Part shown: positions 13,758 through 27,771 of the stretch, one piece after another
Layout of the letters: the number at the start of each line of letters is the position of its first letter
Position numbering within the stretch: position 1 is the first letter of the stretch
Assembly: GCF_006345805.1 (NCBI RefSeq)
Contig: NC_042999.1
Location: 37,634,001-37,698,000, forward strand
DNA length: 64,000 nucleotides
Source: Octopus sinensis
Lineage: Eukaryota
Direction: 5' to 3'
Notes under the pieces: model-generated
Database searches by the model: none
Seen by the model: the letters and a program-made list of their open reading frames with translations, nothing else
What the model was told of the DNA's origin: nothing
Made by a program: the position numbers and the translations under genes

Positions 13758-13918
13758 GCTGCTGGACAATTTTCATATCAATCCGACACACGCACGCACA
13801 CACACACACACACACACACATGCACACACACACATGCACACACACACACACACGCACGCACACACACACACACACGCACACACACACACACACACAACAC
13901 ACACACACACACACACAC

Positions 13919-14100
13919 ATGTTCTTAATTAGCAACGCATCTTTTATTAATAATGTTGAATTACTGATTATATTTACACTAATTAATGTTGGGAGAAATT
14001 ACCTTAATTTGCAATAAAAATACTTGTAAAAAAATGAAGATAAGAAAGTTTTTTAAGAACCCAAATGTTGAAAAAGTCAATATCATGTTGGAAGAAACAC
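13919..14100 (+). repeat. About 185-bp dispersed module, copy 2
   Basis: Matches 9862-10045. Confidence 0.85.
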
Positions 14101-14362
14101 ACACACACGCACGCACACACACACACACGCACACACACACACACACACACTCTCGCACTCGCGTACATACACATATACATCAGGGTGCCCTTGATAATTT
14201 CGAAAATCGAAAGGATTGTGAATAGTACTGTGAGTGCCATAATCTGAATAAATAAAATTGTTTCCATTTTATGTTATCGAGTACTTCATCTTATATTGTG
14301 AATCTTCATAGTCTTTAATCTCTACATGTATATACGGTTATATGTATAAATGTATATGCACA

Positions 14363-14409
<47 letters not shown>

Positions 14410-14461
14410 ACACACACACACACACACACATACACACACACACACATATGTATATAGAGAT

Positions 14462-14640
14462 AGGGAAAATTCACACACACAAAAAAAAGACGAAGACAGG
14501 TGGAGTAGACAACAAACATATGTATTAGTATAACGCTCGGGAAGTGAAAAAGTCTTCAACGTTTCGAGCCTACGCTCTTCCACAGAAAGGAACACATAAA
14601 GAAACAAGGAGAGAAGCTAAAGAATGTGTAGTGGCTAGCG
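14462..14640 (-). mobile_element. Penelope-like terminal fragment with minimal HHR variant (14553-14590)
   Basis: Same family as 7680; CTGTGGA core, GAGC/GCTC stem II, GAAACGTT. Confidence 0.7.
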
Positions 14641-14654
14641 ATATATGTATATGA

Positions 14655-14882
14655 GGCGGCGAGCTGGCAGAAACGTTAGCACGCCGGGCGAAATGCGTAG
14701 CCGTATTTCGTCTGCCGTTACGTTCTGGGTTCAAATTCCGCCGAGGTCGACTTTGCCTTTCATCCTTTCGGGGTCGATAAATTAAGTACCAGTTACGCAC
14801 TGGGGTCGATGTAATCGATTTAATCCGTTTGTCTGTCCTTGTTTGTCCCCTCTGTGTTTAGCCCCTTGTGGGTAGTAAAGAA

Positions 14883-14885
<3 letters not shown>
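14655..14885 (+). mobile_element. SINE family B, full length
   Basis: Head GGCGGCGAGCTGGCAGAAACGTTAG, B-box-like GGTTCAAATTCC, Meta-like domain and tail. Confidence 0.9.
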
Positions 14886-14929
<44 letters not shown>

Positions 14930-14947
14930 TATATATATATACAAATC

Positions 14948-15009
<62 letters not shown>

Positions 15010-15058
15010 GTGATAATATATATATATATTATATATATTATATATACACATATATATT

Positions 15059-15091
<33 letters not shown>

Positions 15092-15108
15092 CTTATATAT
15101 ATATCTTA

Positions 15109-15181
<73 letters not shown>

Positions 15182-15422
15182 TATACACGCGCGCGCGCAC
15201 ACACACACACACACATATAGGCGCAGGCATAGCTGCGTGGTAAGAAGCTTGCCTCCCAACCACATGATTCCGTGTTCAGTCCCACTGCGTAGCGCCTTAG
15301 GCAAAAGCATCCCCTTAACACCTTGAATCTGATTTCATTCACCCGAAAATAGAGGTAATATTTCGATATAGAAACAATATTACTGAAACATAAAAAGCAG
15401 TTCTTTAACATACAATACCTAC

Positions 15423-15649
15423 TTCTTTATTACCCACAAGGGGCTAAACACAGAGGGGACAAACAAGGACAGACATAGGTATTAAGTCGATTACATCGAC
15501 CCCAGTGCGTAACTGGTACTTAATTTATCGACCCCGAAAGGATGAAAGGCAAAGTCGACCTCGGCGGAATTTGAACTCACAACGTAACGCAGACGAAATG
15601 CCGCTAAGCATTTCGCCCGGCGTGCTAACGTTTCTGCCAGCTCGCCGCC
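15423..15649 (-). mobile_element. SINE family B, full length
   Basis: Reverse complement of the 14655 copy. Confidence 0.9.
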
Positions 15650-17434
15650 TTCATACAATACCGTGAACACCGAAGCGAAGAAACATGACATCTTATAAGT
15701 AATATAAGACCGAATGGACCATCTCGCCATATAGCCTCCTAACATCACCCTCAAGGGCCACAAAAACAACTTTTTTTTCCATCCGCAAATCCCAGCAAGT
15801 TAATCCATCTAACAGCGAATTAATATTAGTCAGTAAGTGCATTCTAGGTGCCATTAGATCTATGGAACGGAAGCGTTGTTCTTATCAAGTGGTTTCTTGG
15901 CATTGAAAGTAAAGCAACTTGAAGATTTATCCATTTCGATACAGTAAATTGCTGTTTACCAATACAAGAAACCTTCCTTCCGAAAGCCGTAGATTTCAGT
16001 AAACACTTCACTAAGTTTAACGAATTGGTCTTTAGGATAGTGATGAATATCAAGAACCTTGTTATACAATAGCATTAGCTACTGGTTCAAAAAGGAAGGC
16101 GATGCACTTCTCGATGCCTTCATATGTATCTATGATGATGTGGAAATGGTTTATTTTGATGGCCTGCTCATCCGTGACACCCTCAGAAACTGAACTTCCG
16201 TACTGCTCTGATTTGTATAGAACTGGTGGCCTGACATGTCTTGGGTATGATTTTTAACAGCATCTAGTACAGAAGCCCTGGTTCGGAATTTCCAAGGTTT
16301 TGAGGCATGTGGAGGTATTATTGTTCTAAGATCTACTTTGATCCATAGTAGACACATCCGTCTGGTTATTTAGTTAATTAGAGTGTCATGGAATTGCCTC
16401 CGGAAGAAGGTTACTCACAGACACCCCAAAGGACTCAGAGCAGATGAGAACCTTCAGCTCTTTAGCTTCTCATGTAGGAAAAGGTAACTCCATATATTTC
16501 CTACATCCCGATAACTATTGAGCTCGAAGTGCTTGTTTCTGACCAATACAAGTTTGAAAGACGAGAGATTGAGACTGGCTCTGCACAAACCATGACCACT
16601 ATAATAATATAGTGTTCAGCAAACCAAGTTACCAGCACTAACATTATTACACTTTGGTGACAGGGAAATCGGTTACGTGACAGGTAGAGAGTGCTACTGA
16701 ATACACGAGCCATAAGTTGATGGGCGTTGTTGATCTGTGTTATGCCGAACCCTCATTTGTTAAACCGACTAGAGAGCCCACCGATGACCTGAAAATCCCA
16801 CGCAGTATAAATTGATGTGCCATGGACAGATTTAAGGCGGAACTTTATACGGTGTATTCAAGGAGTTTGACTTAAATGTAACTGTTAGGTTAGTACCAAA
16901 GTAACGATATCTGTCTAGATGTTACTTTAGATCTAAGGGCAGTAACCACTACACCTAGAGGAAACTAAGCTAAGACACTATATCACTGTATCGACCTGAT
17001 TATCGTATTTTGTTACATCCCGTTGGTCACAACGTGTTTCCTCGCATTGTTGTAGTTTTCGAATGAAACCACCCCTGACCAAAACGTCAGTGCGTTGCAG
17101 GGTTACCTATTTACAGGTGAGTGTACGGGAGCGACTTGAAATGAAATGTTTTGCTCAAGAACACAATGCTCTGCCGATCTGGGAATCAAAATGACAATTT
17201 TGCAATCATTTCGATTCCCAGACCATTAGGCCATGCACTTTCACAAGGGACTGTATACTTTGCCAAAATGTCTTCCACCAACGATCTCTAACTTTCTAGA
17301 TATTATTTTAAATGTAAGACGAGTAACTACTATTCTTGGAGGAAACTAAACTAAAACTCTCTACATTTGTTATGCAGAGGAATACTGATATCAGTTGAGA
17401 AATGTTGATAAACAAGATATTGATAAACAAGATA

Positions 17435-17925
<491 letters not shown>

Positions 17926-18560
17926 AAAAAAAAATGCTACGAACGACTAAACATCGATAGAGTTTGGAAATAATTGTTCTTGGATTGGTGTGATTGTAGC
18001 AGCAGTCAAAATGTGGTTAGCTGCTGGTCGTGCTGTCTTCAAATGTCTATCGTTCGCCATCTGATCATTGCTTTGACTGCTGTCAGCTTGGGTCCGCTGC
18101 TGCCCGCCGTACTTGTACTGTTTGTATGCTGTCTCGTCTATTCGTAGAATTTAAGGTGCGCTGAATATTTGGTGATGGTTAGTCTCAGAAAGAAACACGC
18201 CAAAAGATGAAATTGTTGCTGGAGGCGGTTCCTGGTAAAGTCTTGATTGGTCAGATCTTTTCGATGAGGAGTGTAATATTCTAGCGAATCGCGAAATCGG
18301 ATATAGCGATCTGATTTCTAAATATCCCCGCTTTCTCAAAATGTTCTCTTCCGGGTATGATTAGAAGCTTAGTTGCTGGTTGGAGAGTAAGGTGCTGCTA
18401 GTTTAGACAGAGGCTATCCAATCATACCAATTCAAACGAGAGATAAGGAGTAGGAAATAAGTTGATTTAATTTCAGCCTACAGGCTTGGCGTCTCTATGA
18501 AGGTAACTATAAAGTATAGCTGTCTTCATTCTTAGATAGAATGAGACATAAACATTCTCT

Positions 18561-18965
18561 CTTTACTCTTTACTCTTTTACTTGTTTCAGTCATTTGACT
18601 GCGGCCATGCTGGAGCACCGCCTTTAATCGAGCAACTCAACCCCGGGACTTATTCTTTTGTAAGCCCAGTACTTATTCTATCGGTCTCTTTTGCCGAATC
18701 GCTAAGTTACGGGGACATAAACACACCAGCATCGGTTGTCAAGCAATGCTAGGGGACAAACACAGACACACAAACACACACACGCATACATATACATATA
18801 TACGACGGGCTTCTTTCAGTTTCCGTCTACCAAATCCACTCACAAGGCTTTGGTCGGCCCGAGGCTATAGTAGAAGACACTTGCCCAAGGTGCCATGCAG
18901 TGAGACTGAACCCGGAACCATGTGGTTGGTAGACAAGCTACCTACCACACAGCCACTCCTGCGCC
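18561..18965 (-). mobile_element. SINE family A, full length
   Basis: Reverse complement of the family A consensus. Confidence 0.9.
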
Positions 18966-19221
18966 TATTCATATAAAATGACACCCAAACACACGCATAT
19001 ACTTGCATATTCACATACACGCGCACTTTATATGCACATAAACATCTCTATGTATGTATATAAGCATGTAGTTATGTAATGTGTGTACATATGAATGTAT
19101 GTATGTAGCTCTCCGTCTTTGTCTATCTATCTTTCTGTCTGTGTCTCTATCTATCTATTTGTCCGTACATCCATCTATCTGTCCATCTATTCGTTCATCC
19201 ATCCATATATAAGTCTCACAC

Positions 19222-19575
19222 ATGCCAGCTTAATTTAATTTGTCCTTAATCGAAAGACACCTGTTGTTATGTCCTGTTATTTGTATTTGTGTAACATTCT
19301 CCGTTTTTTTCGTCCTTGCTTTCGTATACATTCGCTGCTTTCTTCCAAAGAATCTAAAGCTTTTAGCTTAGTTTTTTCTTGCGGCTGACCAGATTGGAAC
19401 AATCTTAAGTATAACCAGCCGAAATTGCAAAGATAATCTGGAACTCGCCTGAGGAAAGAAAACTCCGAATGACCCGTCCTTGTTTTCTTTGTATCGTCTA
19501 TCTGGATGTTTGTTGTCCCTTTTTTGTATCACCTAACTGTCTGGATGTTTTACGTTCATGTCCCATTTTGTATTC
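19222..19575 (+). mobile_element. Dispersed repeat family D, copy 2
   Basis: Homologous to 6122-6490. Confidence 0.5.
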
Positions 19576-19597
19576 TTCATATACATATATAAGTCAG

Positions 19598-19718
<121 letters not shown>

Positions 19719-19852
19719 GCAAGTAGCATGTAAACAAATGGACAGATACATAAGAGTAAGTTGACAAACAACAGATAAACAACTATAGGCTGTTAGATAG
19801 ATTGAGAGGCAGATATATTTTTCAGACAAAATAGATTGAAGACATACATACA

Positions 19853-19886
<34 letters not shown>

Positions 19887-20376
19887 CATACATACATACA
19901 TACATACATACATACATACATACATACATACATACATACACATGTATTCCTTTACTTGTTTCAGTCATTTGACTGCGGCTATGCTGGAGCACCGCCTTAA
20001 AGGGTTTTAGTGGAAGAAATCGACTCTAGGGCTTATTCTTTGTAAGCCCAGTACTTATTTTCTCGGACTCTTTTGTCGAACTGCTATGTTACGGAGACAT
20101 AAACACAGCAGCATCGGTTGTCAAGTGATGACGAGGAGACTAACAGATAACACATATAAATACATACACATACTCACACACACACATACATATGAGAGGT
20201 TTTGGTATCCAGAAGATCCGAAGGGCAGGTAAGGCTATGTAAGTGCTACGGAAGGACAGCAGTTAGATTCCCGGTTCGATAATAGCATGAGTGAGGATCG
20301 TGTGTGAGTGTGTATAGGTTAAAAAAAAATGAGACAACAAAGCCAATGCAATGTGAATTTCAGAAAGAGAAGGGTA

Positions 20377-20424
20377 GTCTTACAGCTGTTTCAGGGATAT
20401 AAAAGATATTCCATCATCAGAGAC
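20377..20424 (-). ncRNA. Minimal type I HHR with canonical core
   Basis: GTCT-CTGATGA-T-GGAATAT-CTTTT-ATATCCC-T-GAAAC-AGCT-GTA|AGAC: 4-bp stem I, palindromic ACAGCTGT stem III, GUA cleavage triplet. Confidence 0.75.
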
Positions 20425-20669
20425 GATATGAGGGAGTTCAATATAAGAAGGTATTTTGGAAAGGGAAAAATTTAGGAAATATAAGAATAAAAATAAAGAT
20501 ATATGTATACGACGGGTTTCTTTCAGTTTTCTTCTATCTAATCCACTCACAAAGCTTTGGTCGGCCCAAGGCTATAGTAGAGGACACTTACCCAAGGGGC
20601 CACGCAATGAGACAACCTTGAACCATGTGGTTGGAAAGCAAGCTTCTTATCATACAGCCGCGCCTCATA

Positions 20670-20718
<49 letters not shown>

Positions 20719-20754
20719 GCGTGCATGTGTGTTTGTGACCGTGAATGAGTGTAC

Positions 20755-20811
<57 letters not shown>

Positions 20812-21010
20812 AAGGGAAAGTTTACGAAAATAAACAAAAGACAAAGCAGGTGGAGTACAAACAAACAAATGTATTAGTATAGCGCTCAGGAATAGAAAAA
20901 GTCTTTTACGTTTCGAGCCTACGCTCTTCGACAGAAAGATACACAGAAAAAAACAAGGAGAGAAACAAGGAGAGAAAAAAATGCGTGTAGTAGCTAACGA
21001 TCTATCATGG
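20812..21010 (-). mobile_element. Penelope-like terminal fragment with minimal HHR variant (20902-20939)
   Basis: TCTTT-CTGTCGA-A-GAGC-GTAG-GCTC-GAAAC-GTA|AAAGA, with a 5-bp stem I. Confidence 0.75.
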
Positions 21011-21938
21011 CGTATATATATATGAAAGAAATCCTGTATCCAAGAATCCCACTTTGTGATTAACAGCTAGTCAGTCATACAACGAGACACATAGAGACAG
21101 GTAGTTAAAAATATACAAGCAGACAGATAGACGCACTACCAGTCTTAAAAATAGATCGGCACACATATAAAAAGGCAAACAGGTAGACGTATAAGGGGCT
21201 AGACAGGCTCGTTGCCAGACTTTGGTGCCTGGGGATGCTTCAGAATATTCTGGGTGGGCACTAATTTGCAATAATGCTAAAGTGGACTTCCGAAATAAGT
21301 GTATCACTGTAAATCTGAGGGTGCACCATTTAATAGTGAGGGCGCAGTGCCACTCAGAGAATCCCCTTAGCAACAGGCATGGGCTTGATAGATAACACTA
21401 CAGATAGTAGGTGTAACCGTATATATAGTACAGCAAGGTGCAGGTGTGGGTATGTGGTTAAGAAACTCGCTTTGTAACCACGTGTTTCGGGTTCAGTCCC
21501 ACTGTACGGCACCTTGAGCAAGTGTCTCCTATTATTTCCCTGGGCCACCGACACCTTGATTGACTTAAGAGACTCGAAAGGATGAAAGGAGAAGTGGATG
21601 TGGCCGAATTTGAACTCAGAGCGTTAGATCGATAAATAGGTATATTGAACGACAGCTAAATAGATTGATATACAGAGATAGAGAGGTAGATGGTCACATA
21701 TTGATAGACAGATTGATAGATAGATAAATAGATAGATTAACAGATAACTAGATAGACTGATAAACAAATAGATAAGTTGATAGAGAAATCAATAGGTGAT
21801 TGACTAAAATATAAGAAGATTTATAGACGTCCAAATGGATAGACATACAGACAGAAAGACCGACAAACAAGTAAATAGATAGGCTGATAATCAGACAGTT
21901 AGATGAAAGATAAACATATGTATATATATATTATAGGA

Positions 21939-22259
21939 GCACTCCGTCGGTTACACGACGAGGGTCCCAGCTGATACGATCAACGGAACAGCCTGCTCGT
22001 GAAATTAACGTGCAAGTGACTGAGCAATCCACAGACACGTGTACCCCTAACACAGTTCTCAGGGAGATTCAGCGTGACACAGAGTGTGACAAGGCTGGTC
22101 CAATGAAATACAGGTACAACTCATTTTTGCCAGCTGAGTGGACTGGAGCAACGTGAAATAAAGTGTCTTGCTCGAGGACACAACGCGTCGCCGGGAATCG
22201 AACTCACGACCTTACAATCGTGAGCCGAATGCCCTAACTACTGAGCAACGCGCCTTCAC
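21939..22259 (-). mobile_element. Chimeric SINE: family C head and CORE-like domain with the tail of the 35750 SINE
   Basis: 22118-22259 matches the 27772 head/CORE; 21939-22118 matches the 3' tail at 35950-36120. Confidence 0.75.
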
Positions 22260-22277
22260 TATATATATATGTATGTA

Positions 22278-22375
<98 letters not shown>

Positions 22376-22621
22376 CTCACCTACCTCCCTGTTTGTCTAT
22401 CTCTGAGTTCAACAGATACAGACAAATGTGGACCGACAAATAAATAAACTGAAATATGAACAGGTAGATTGACAGGTAAAAAGATGGACAGACAGACAGA
22501 CAGACAGATGATAGGTAGACATAAATAGGTAGACGAGTAGATCGAAAGAAACACTTTACTTCAAAAACAAAATTATTGATTTTTTAAACTTAGGCACGAA
22601 GTTACCGATTGTGCGGGGGTG

Positions 22622-22680
<59 letters not shown>

Positions 22681-22742
22681 AGAGAGAGAGATTGTTCGAA
22701 TCCACTCTTTCTCTCTTGATACACATATATGTATGTGGTGTG

Positions 22743-22773
<31 letters not shown>

Positions 22774-22793
22774 ATATATATATATATATATAG

Positions 22794-22885
<92 letters not shown>

Positions 22886-23034
22886 ATGCGTCGGCCAGAG
22901 GCTATTGAAGAGACACTGCCCAACGTGTCACGCATGATACTGAACCCAGAACCATGCGGTTGAGAAGCAACTTTTTACCACACAGCCATGCCGACATCTT
23001 TCTCTCTTTCTCTCTCTCTCTCCACACACACGCA

Positions 23035-23074
<40 letters not shown>

Positions 23075-23079
23075 TATGT

Positions 23080-23155
<76 letters not shown>

Positions 23156-23504
23156 ACATAAGTTGAAGAAAACATGGGGAAAAAAAACCAAAACAAAACC
23201 AAATAAATACTTACTAGATGTGTCTTCTTTTTCCTTAGGTACATCTTCAATGGTGAGTTTGTGCTTCATCTTAAAGTAGAGATGTCAACGAACCGGGTTC
23301 GTGTAGATCTGATTCATGTATGGAAAACAAAAAAAATACAAAAACAAGAGTCTTATATAAAATGACTGTATGACAATCCTACTTTCTGGAATGACTGAAA
23401 AAAATAATAGGAAGTTTACATAACAAGTAAAAGTAGTACTGATAAATAGTAGTAAGAGCAGTAGCAACAGCAGCAGCAGCAACAGCGGCAGTATTATTAT
23501 ATTA

Positions 23505-23952
23505 TTATTATTAGTAGTAGTAGTAGTAGTAGCAGTAGTAGTTGCTGTAGTAGTAGTAGTAGTAGCAGTAGTAGTTGCTGTAGTAGTAGTAGTAGTAGCA
23601 GTAGTAGTTGCTGTAGTAGTAGTAGTAGCAGTAGTAGTTGCTGTAGTAGTAGTAGTAGCAGTGCTGATTCTGGTCGCAGTAGTAGTAGTAGTAAAATTTG
23701 TGGGTAGTAGTAGTAGTAGTGATCCTGGTTGTATTATTATTATTATTATTATTATTATTAGTATAGTAGTAGTAGTAGTAGCAGCAGCAGCAACAGTGGT
23801 AGTAGTAGTAGTAGTGCTGATTCTGGTCGCAGTAGTAGCAGTAGTATAATTTGTGAGTAGTAGTAGTAGTAGTAGTAGTGATGATGCTGGTGGTAGTACT
23901 AGTAGTAGTAGTGATGATCCTGGTTGTAGAAAAGTATTATTATTATTATTAT

Positions 23953-23985
<33 letters not shown>

Positions 23986-24065
23986 ACTAGTAGTAGTAGT
24001 AGTAGTAGTAGTCGTCGTCGGCGCTGTAGTTGTCGAAGTTGTAGTAGTAGTAGTAGTAGTTAGTG
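23505..24065. repeat. (TAG)n/(TAT)n/(GAT)n compound microsatellite with higher-order blocks
   Basis: Visible trinucleotide runs; the interrupting motif GTGCTGATTCTGGTCGCAG recurs near 23661 and 23815. Confidence 0.9.
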
Positions 24066-24253
24066 GTTGTACACGAGTTGGAAAAGTTGAAAACACGATG
24101 AAAACGTGTGAATACGATTCGTACAAAGAACAACTCAGATCGACTTACATCCTAACTATAAACGGTCATACGCACACAAATGAATACACGTTACTTACAT
24201 GCGCACGCCCACAGCCATACACAATCATATCAACCACACATACGCATACACGT

Positions 24254-24292
<39 letters not shown>

Positions 24293-24412
24293 CTTACGCA
24301 CTCGCACATATTGGCGCAGTTTCAACGTCCACAGTGCTACGCACAACATACGGTAGGTCTAAGCATGTGTGTATATACACATATATATATATTGTATATA
24401 TATATATACATA

Positions 24413-24479
<67 letters not shown>

Positions 24480-24566
24480 TATTATATTATATATATTATA
24501 TGTAGATATATATATACATATATATAATAATATATATATCATAATTTGAAACTGACTTATGGAAGT

Positions 24567-24609
24567 CCACCTGAAGATTGGTCGATCAAGACAAGAACGA
24601 TTGTAGTGG
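24567..24609 (+). ncRNA. Slightly decayed minimal HHR
   Basis: CCAC-CTGAAGA-TTGGTC-GATCAA-GACAA-GAAC-GATT-GTA|GTGG; one A of GAAA is missing. Confidence 0.55.
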
Positions 24610-24745
24610 CTGTTTTTTGACTATTTATTAAAATTTTATGTATTGATTAAGTCTTTCCTTGTTTGTTTTGCAAATAGTGGGTTTGTCTCTATAATATTTT
24701 ATATATATATATATATATATAATATATATATGTATATATATATGT

Positions 24746-24976
24746 TTTTCTTTATTGCCCACAAGGGGCTAAACAGAGAAGACAAACAAGGACAGACATA
24801 GGTATTAAGTCGATTACATCGACCCCCCAGTGCAAAACTGGTACTTTTATTTATCGACCCCGAAAGGATGAAAGGCAAAGTCGACCTCGGCGGAATTTGA
24901 ACTCAGAACGTAACGACAGACGAAATACCGCTAAGCATTCCGCCCGGCGCGCTAACGTGTCTGCCAGCTCGCCGCC
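24746..24976 (-). mobile_element. SINE family B, full length
   Basis: Matches the family B consensus. Confidence 0.9.
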
Positions 24977-25201
24977 TTGTATATATATATATATATATAC
25001 ATACACACAAACACACACAACACACGTATACATGTTTATTTATACACACACATATATATAATATGCACATGTTAAATCATAAGGCACAGAAAGAAAATGA
25101 CTCTCCCCCAGACACAACAAAATATGCTTCAACACACGAACTCACATAAAGAATCTTTGCAAACCAAATCCCAAAACGAAATATGCACATATAACTACAA
25201 G

Positions 25202-25282
<81 letters not shown>

Positions 25283-25284
<2 letters not shown>

Positions 25285-25609
25285 AGGGGGTGCTGAAAAG
25301 TTCTTCGGTAATGGTAAAAGAATTTACAGGAGGGTCAGTGGATCAGTTATGATTTTTATTCAACATGTTCCCCTCTCCACTAGCGAAGCTTAGGGTGTGT
25401 GCCGCTCCGGACCCCACAAAAAAAAAAATACATATTTCCTACAGCAATAGTCTATAACAGGATGAAAAGTGCCACCTTTTAAAAGAGCCGCCCCACTAGC
25501 CACGCTAGTGCTCCTTTCAGATTCACAAGCTAACTGCGGTGGCCCTTCAGGTTTTTTAAACCCTGTTTAAAGAACTCGGAAGGTTGGCCAGGAACTTTAC
25601 AGCACCGTA
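25283..25609. mobile_element. Mariner-derived MITE
   Basis: Left end TGAGGGGGTGCTGAAAAGTTC and right end GGAACTTTACAGCACCGTA form imperfect TIRs of the mariner TACGAGGG type. Confidence 0.6.
25378..25510. mobile_element. CACTA/CMC-type MITE nested in the mariner MITE
   Basis: Termini CACTAGCG...CGCTAGTG with a 3-bp CTC duplication at 25375-25377 and 25511-25513. Confidence 0.6.
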
Positions 25610-25766
25610 TTGTTTGTCTTGTACTTTGTTTTTTTCGTTGTTAAAAAAGAGTCCGTTTCCTTGTTTGATTTTATGTTTTCGTTTCTCGTTGTGTTCTACG
25701 TTTATTTGTGGTGTCCTGTACTCATATATGCATGTATATATATTACATATAGATGTAGGTATGTAC

Positions 25767-25799
<33 letters not shown>

Positions 25800-25826
25800 T
25801 GCATATGTTTTATTTATTAAAATTGT

Positions 25827-25864
<38 letters not shown>

Positions 25865-25884
25865 ATATATATATATATATAAAT

Positions 25885-25932
<48 letters not shown>

Positions 25933-26098
25933 TATTTTATATAAATTATATATATATATATATATATCTATATAATATATATAATATAAATAATTATATA
26001 AATAAGGATATGATTCGATATTTAAATACCGATCTTATCAGGTGGCCAGCATGGGAATAAAACCTTTCAAAGGTAATAATTATTAAAATTATAATTTA

Positions 26099-26247
26099 AG
26101 GGTATCTAAGATACCACCACCCTGGAAATAGCGTTGTGTTTACGTGTATACTTATGTGTGGTTGATATGATTGTGCTGTATGAACATTTAATGTGGTTTT
26201 ATAGTCAAGTTTTGACTGCTATTTCCAGTGTGGTGGTATCTCTTAGA

Positions 26248-26253
<6 letters not shown>
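26099..26253. repeat. Inverted repeat, arms about 33-36 bp
   Basis: AGGGTATCTAAGATACCACCACCTGGAAATAGC versus GCTATTTCCAGTGTGGTGGTATCTCTTAGATACCCT. Confidence 0.85.
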
Positions 26254-26285
<32 letters not shown>

Positions 26286-26352
26286 ATATATATATAATAT
26301 ATATATATATATCTATATATATAATATATAGATATACATACATATATATATA

Positions 26353-26390
<38 letters not shown>

Positions 26391-26547
26391 CATATATATA
26401 TATATATTATATATATATATATATATATATTTCACACAACACACACATATATATATACACACATGCGCACGCATCCCACATGTGTGTGAATGTGTGTTAC
26501 ATGTGTATGTGTATGCGCGCGTGTGTGTGTGTGTGTGCGTGCGTGTG

Positions 26548-26597
<50 letters not shown>

Positions 26598-27028
26598 TAT
26601 TCTTGCATAACAGGTACGTGACGAGAGTAAGTACTTGGGGTAAGCAGAGGCATAAATAAATAAATAAAAACTAAATAAACAAGAGTTACACAACCAGCAC
26701 AAAAAAAAAAAAGACAAAACATAAAGAAAAAACAAAACAAAAAAAATATTCCAACAAAATACACAGACACATACACGCATGCATACACACACGCATACAC
26801 ATATACACATACACTAAGCACATACTCACCCCCCCCCTACACGCATACATTTGTTTCTCTGACTGTTTTCAATGTAAGACTTCACTGTAACAGGAAGAAA
26901 AAGAGAATGTACTATTACATTCGAAGCTCAGTTAGACCACACCACACGGGCATATATATATATATATTATAGATATACGTGCACCACACACACACACCAC
27001 ACACACCACATATAGATATATATATTAT

Positions 27029-27293
27029 ATTAAATTAGAGATAAACCACTATTAGGCAAATCATACAATGAAAACTTAAGCCAATACATAAGATTGTTTA
27101 TTTTATATTATTTAATATATAACAAAATTATTAAAAAAATATAATAATATATCACTACGATCGTTTAATATATTAATTATATTTTTTTAATAATTTTGTA
27201 TATATTTAAATAATATAAATTAAATAATCTTATGTATTGGCTTAAGTTTTTTTATTGTATGATTTGCCTAATAGTGTTTTGTCTCTAATTTAA
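27029..27293. repeat. Fold-back inverted repeat, arms about 117 bp, with an HHR half-site in the spacer
   Basis: Arms 27029-27145 and 27176-27293; the spacer contains CACTACGATCGTTT (minus strand AAACGATCGTA|GTG). Confidence 0.85.
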
Positions 27294-27375
27294 TAAATAT
27301 AATATTTTACTATAAAATTGGATTCAATCCTAAATCTGATTTTTCCCTGTAAGTTTGGATTTATTCCCTAATATT

Positions 27376-27419
<44 letters not shown>

Positions 27420-27706
27420 TATATATATATAATATATATATACTTATTAATAAGGTCCTAGAAGAGTCCCTTTTTAAAGTAGAAAGAAATAGCTAAGATT
27501 TTTTGGCTGCTATTTCTAAACTTCAGTAGGTGGTAAAGCAAATCTTTGCTGAACCCTTATTAATAAGTAATTACTTAGGTTTCCGTGAAATGGTCCTTTT
27601 TTTCATACCGAATTCTACTTGGTGAAATTATTGATTACTTCTTAATTAATTAATTTTACCCTTTGTTTATTATATATATTATTATATCTATATATATATA
27701 TATATC

Positions 27707-27746
<40 letters not shown>

Positions 27747-27771
27747 GTGTGTGTGTGTGTGTGTGTGTGAA

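Noticed and set aside
19445-19482. CTGAGGA...CCGAAT in repeat family D as a hammerhead
   Set aside because: GAAT replaces GAAA, there is no UH site in register and no stem I; the 6372 copy is also broken.
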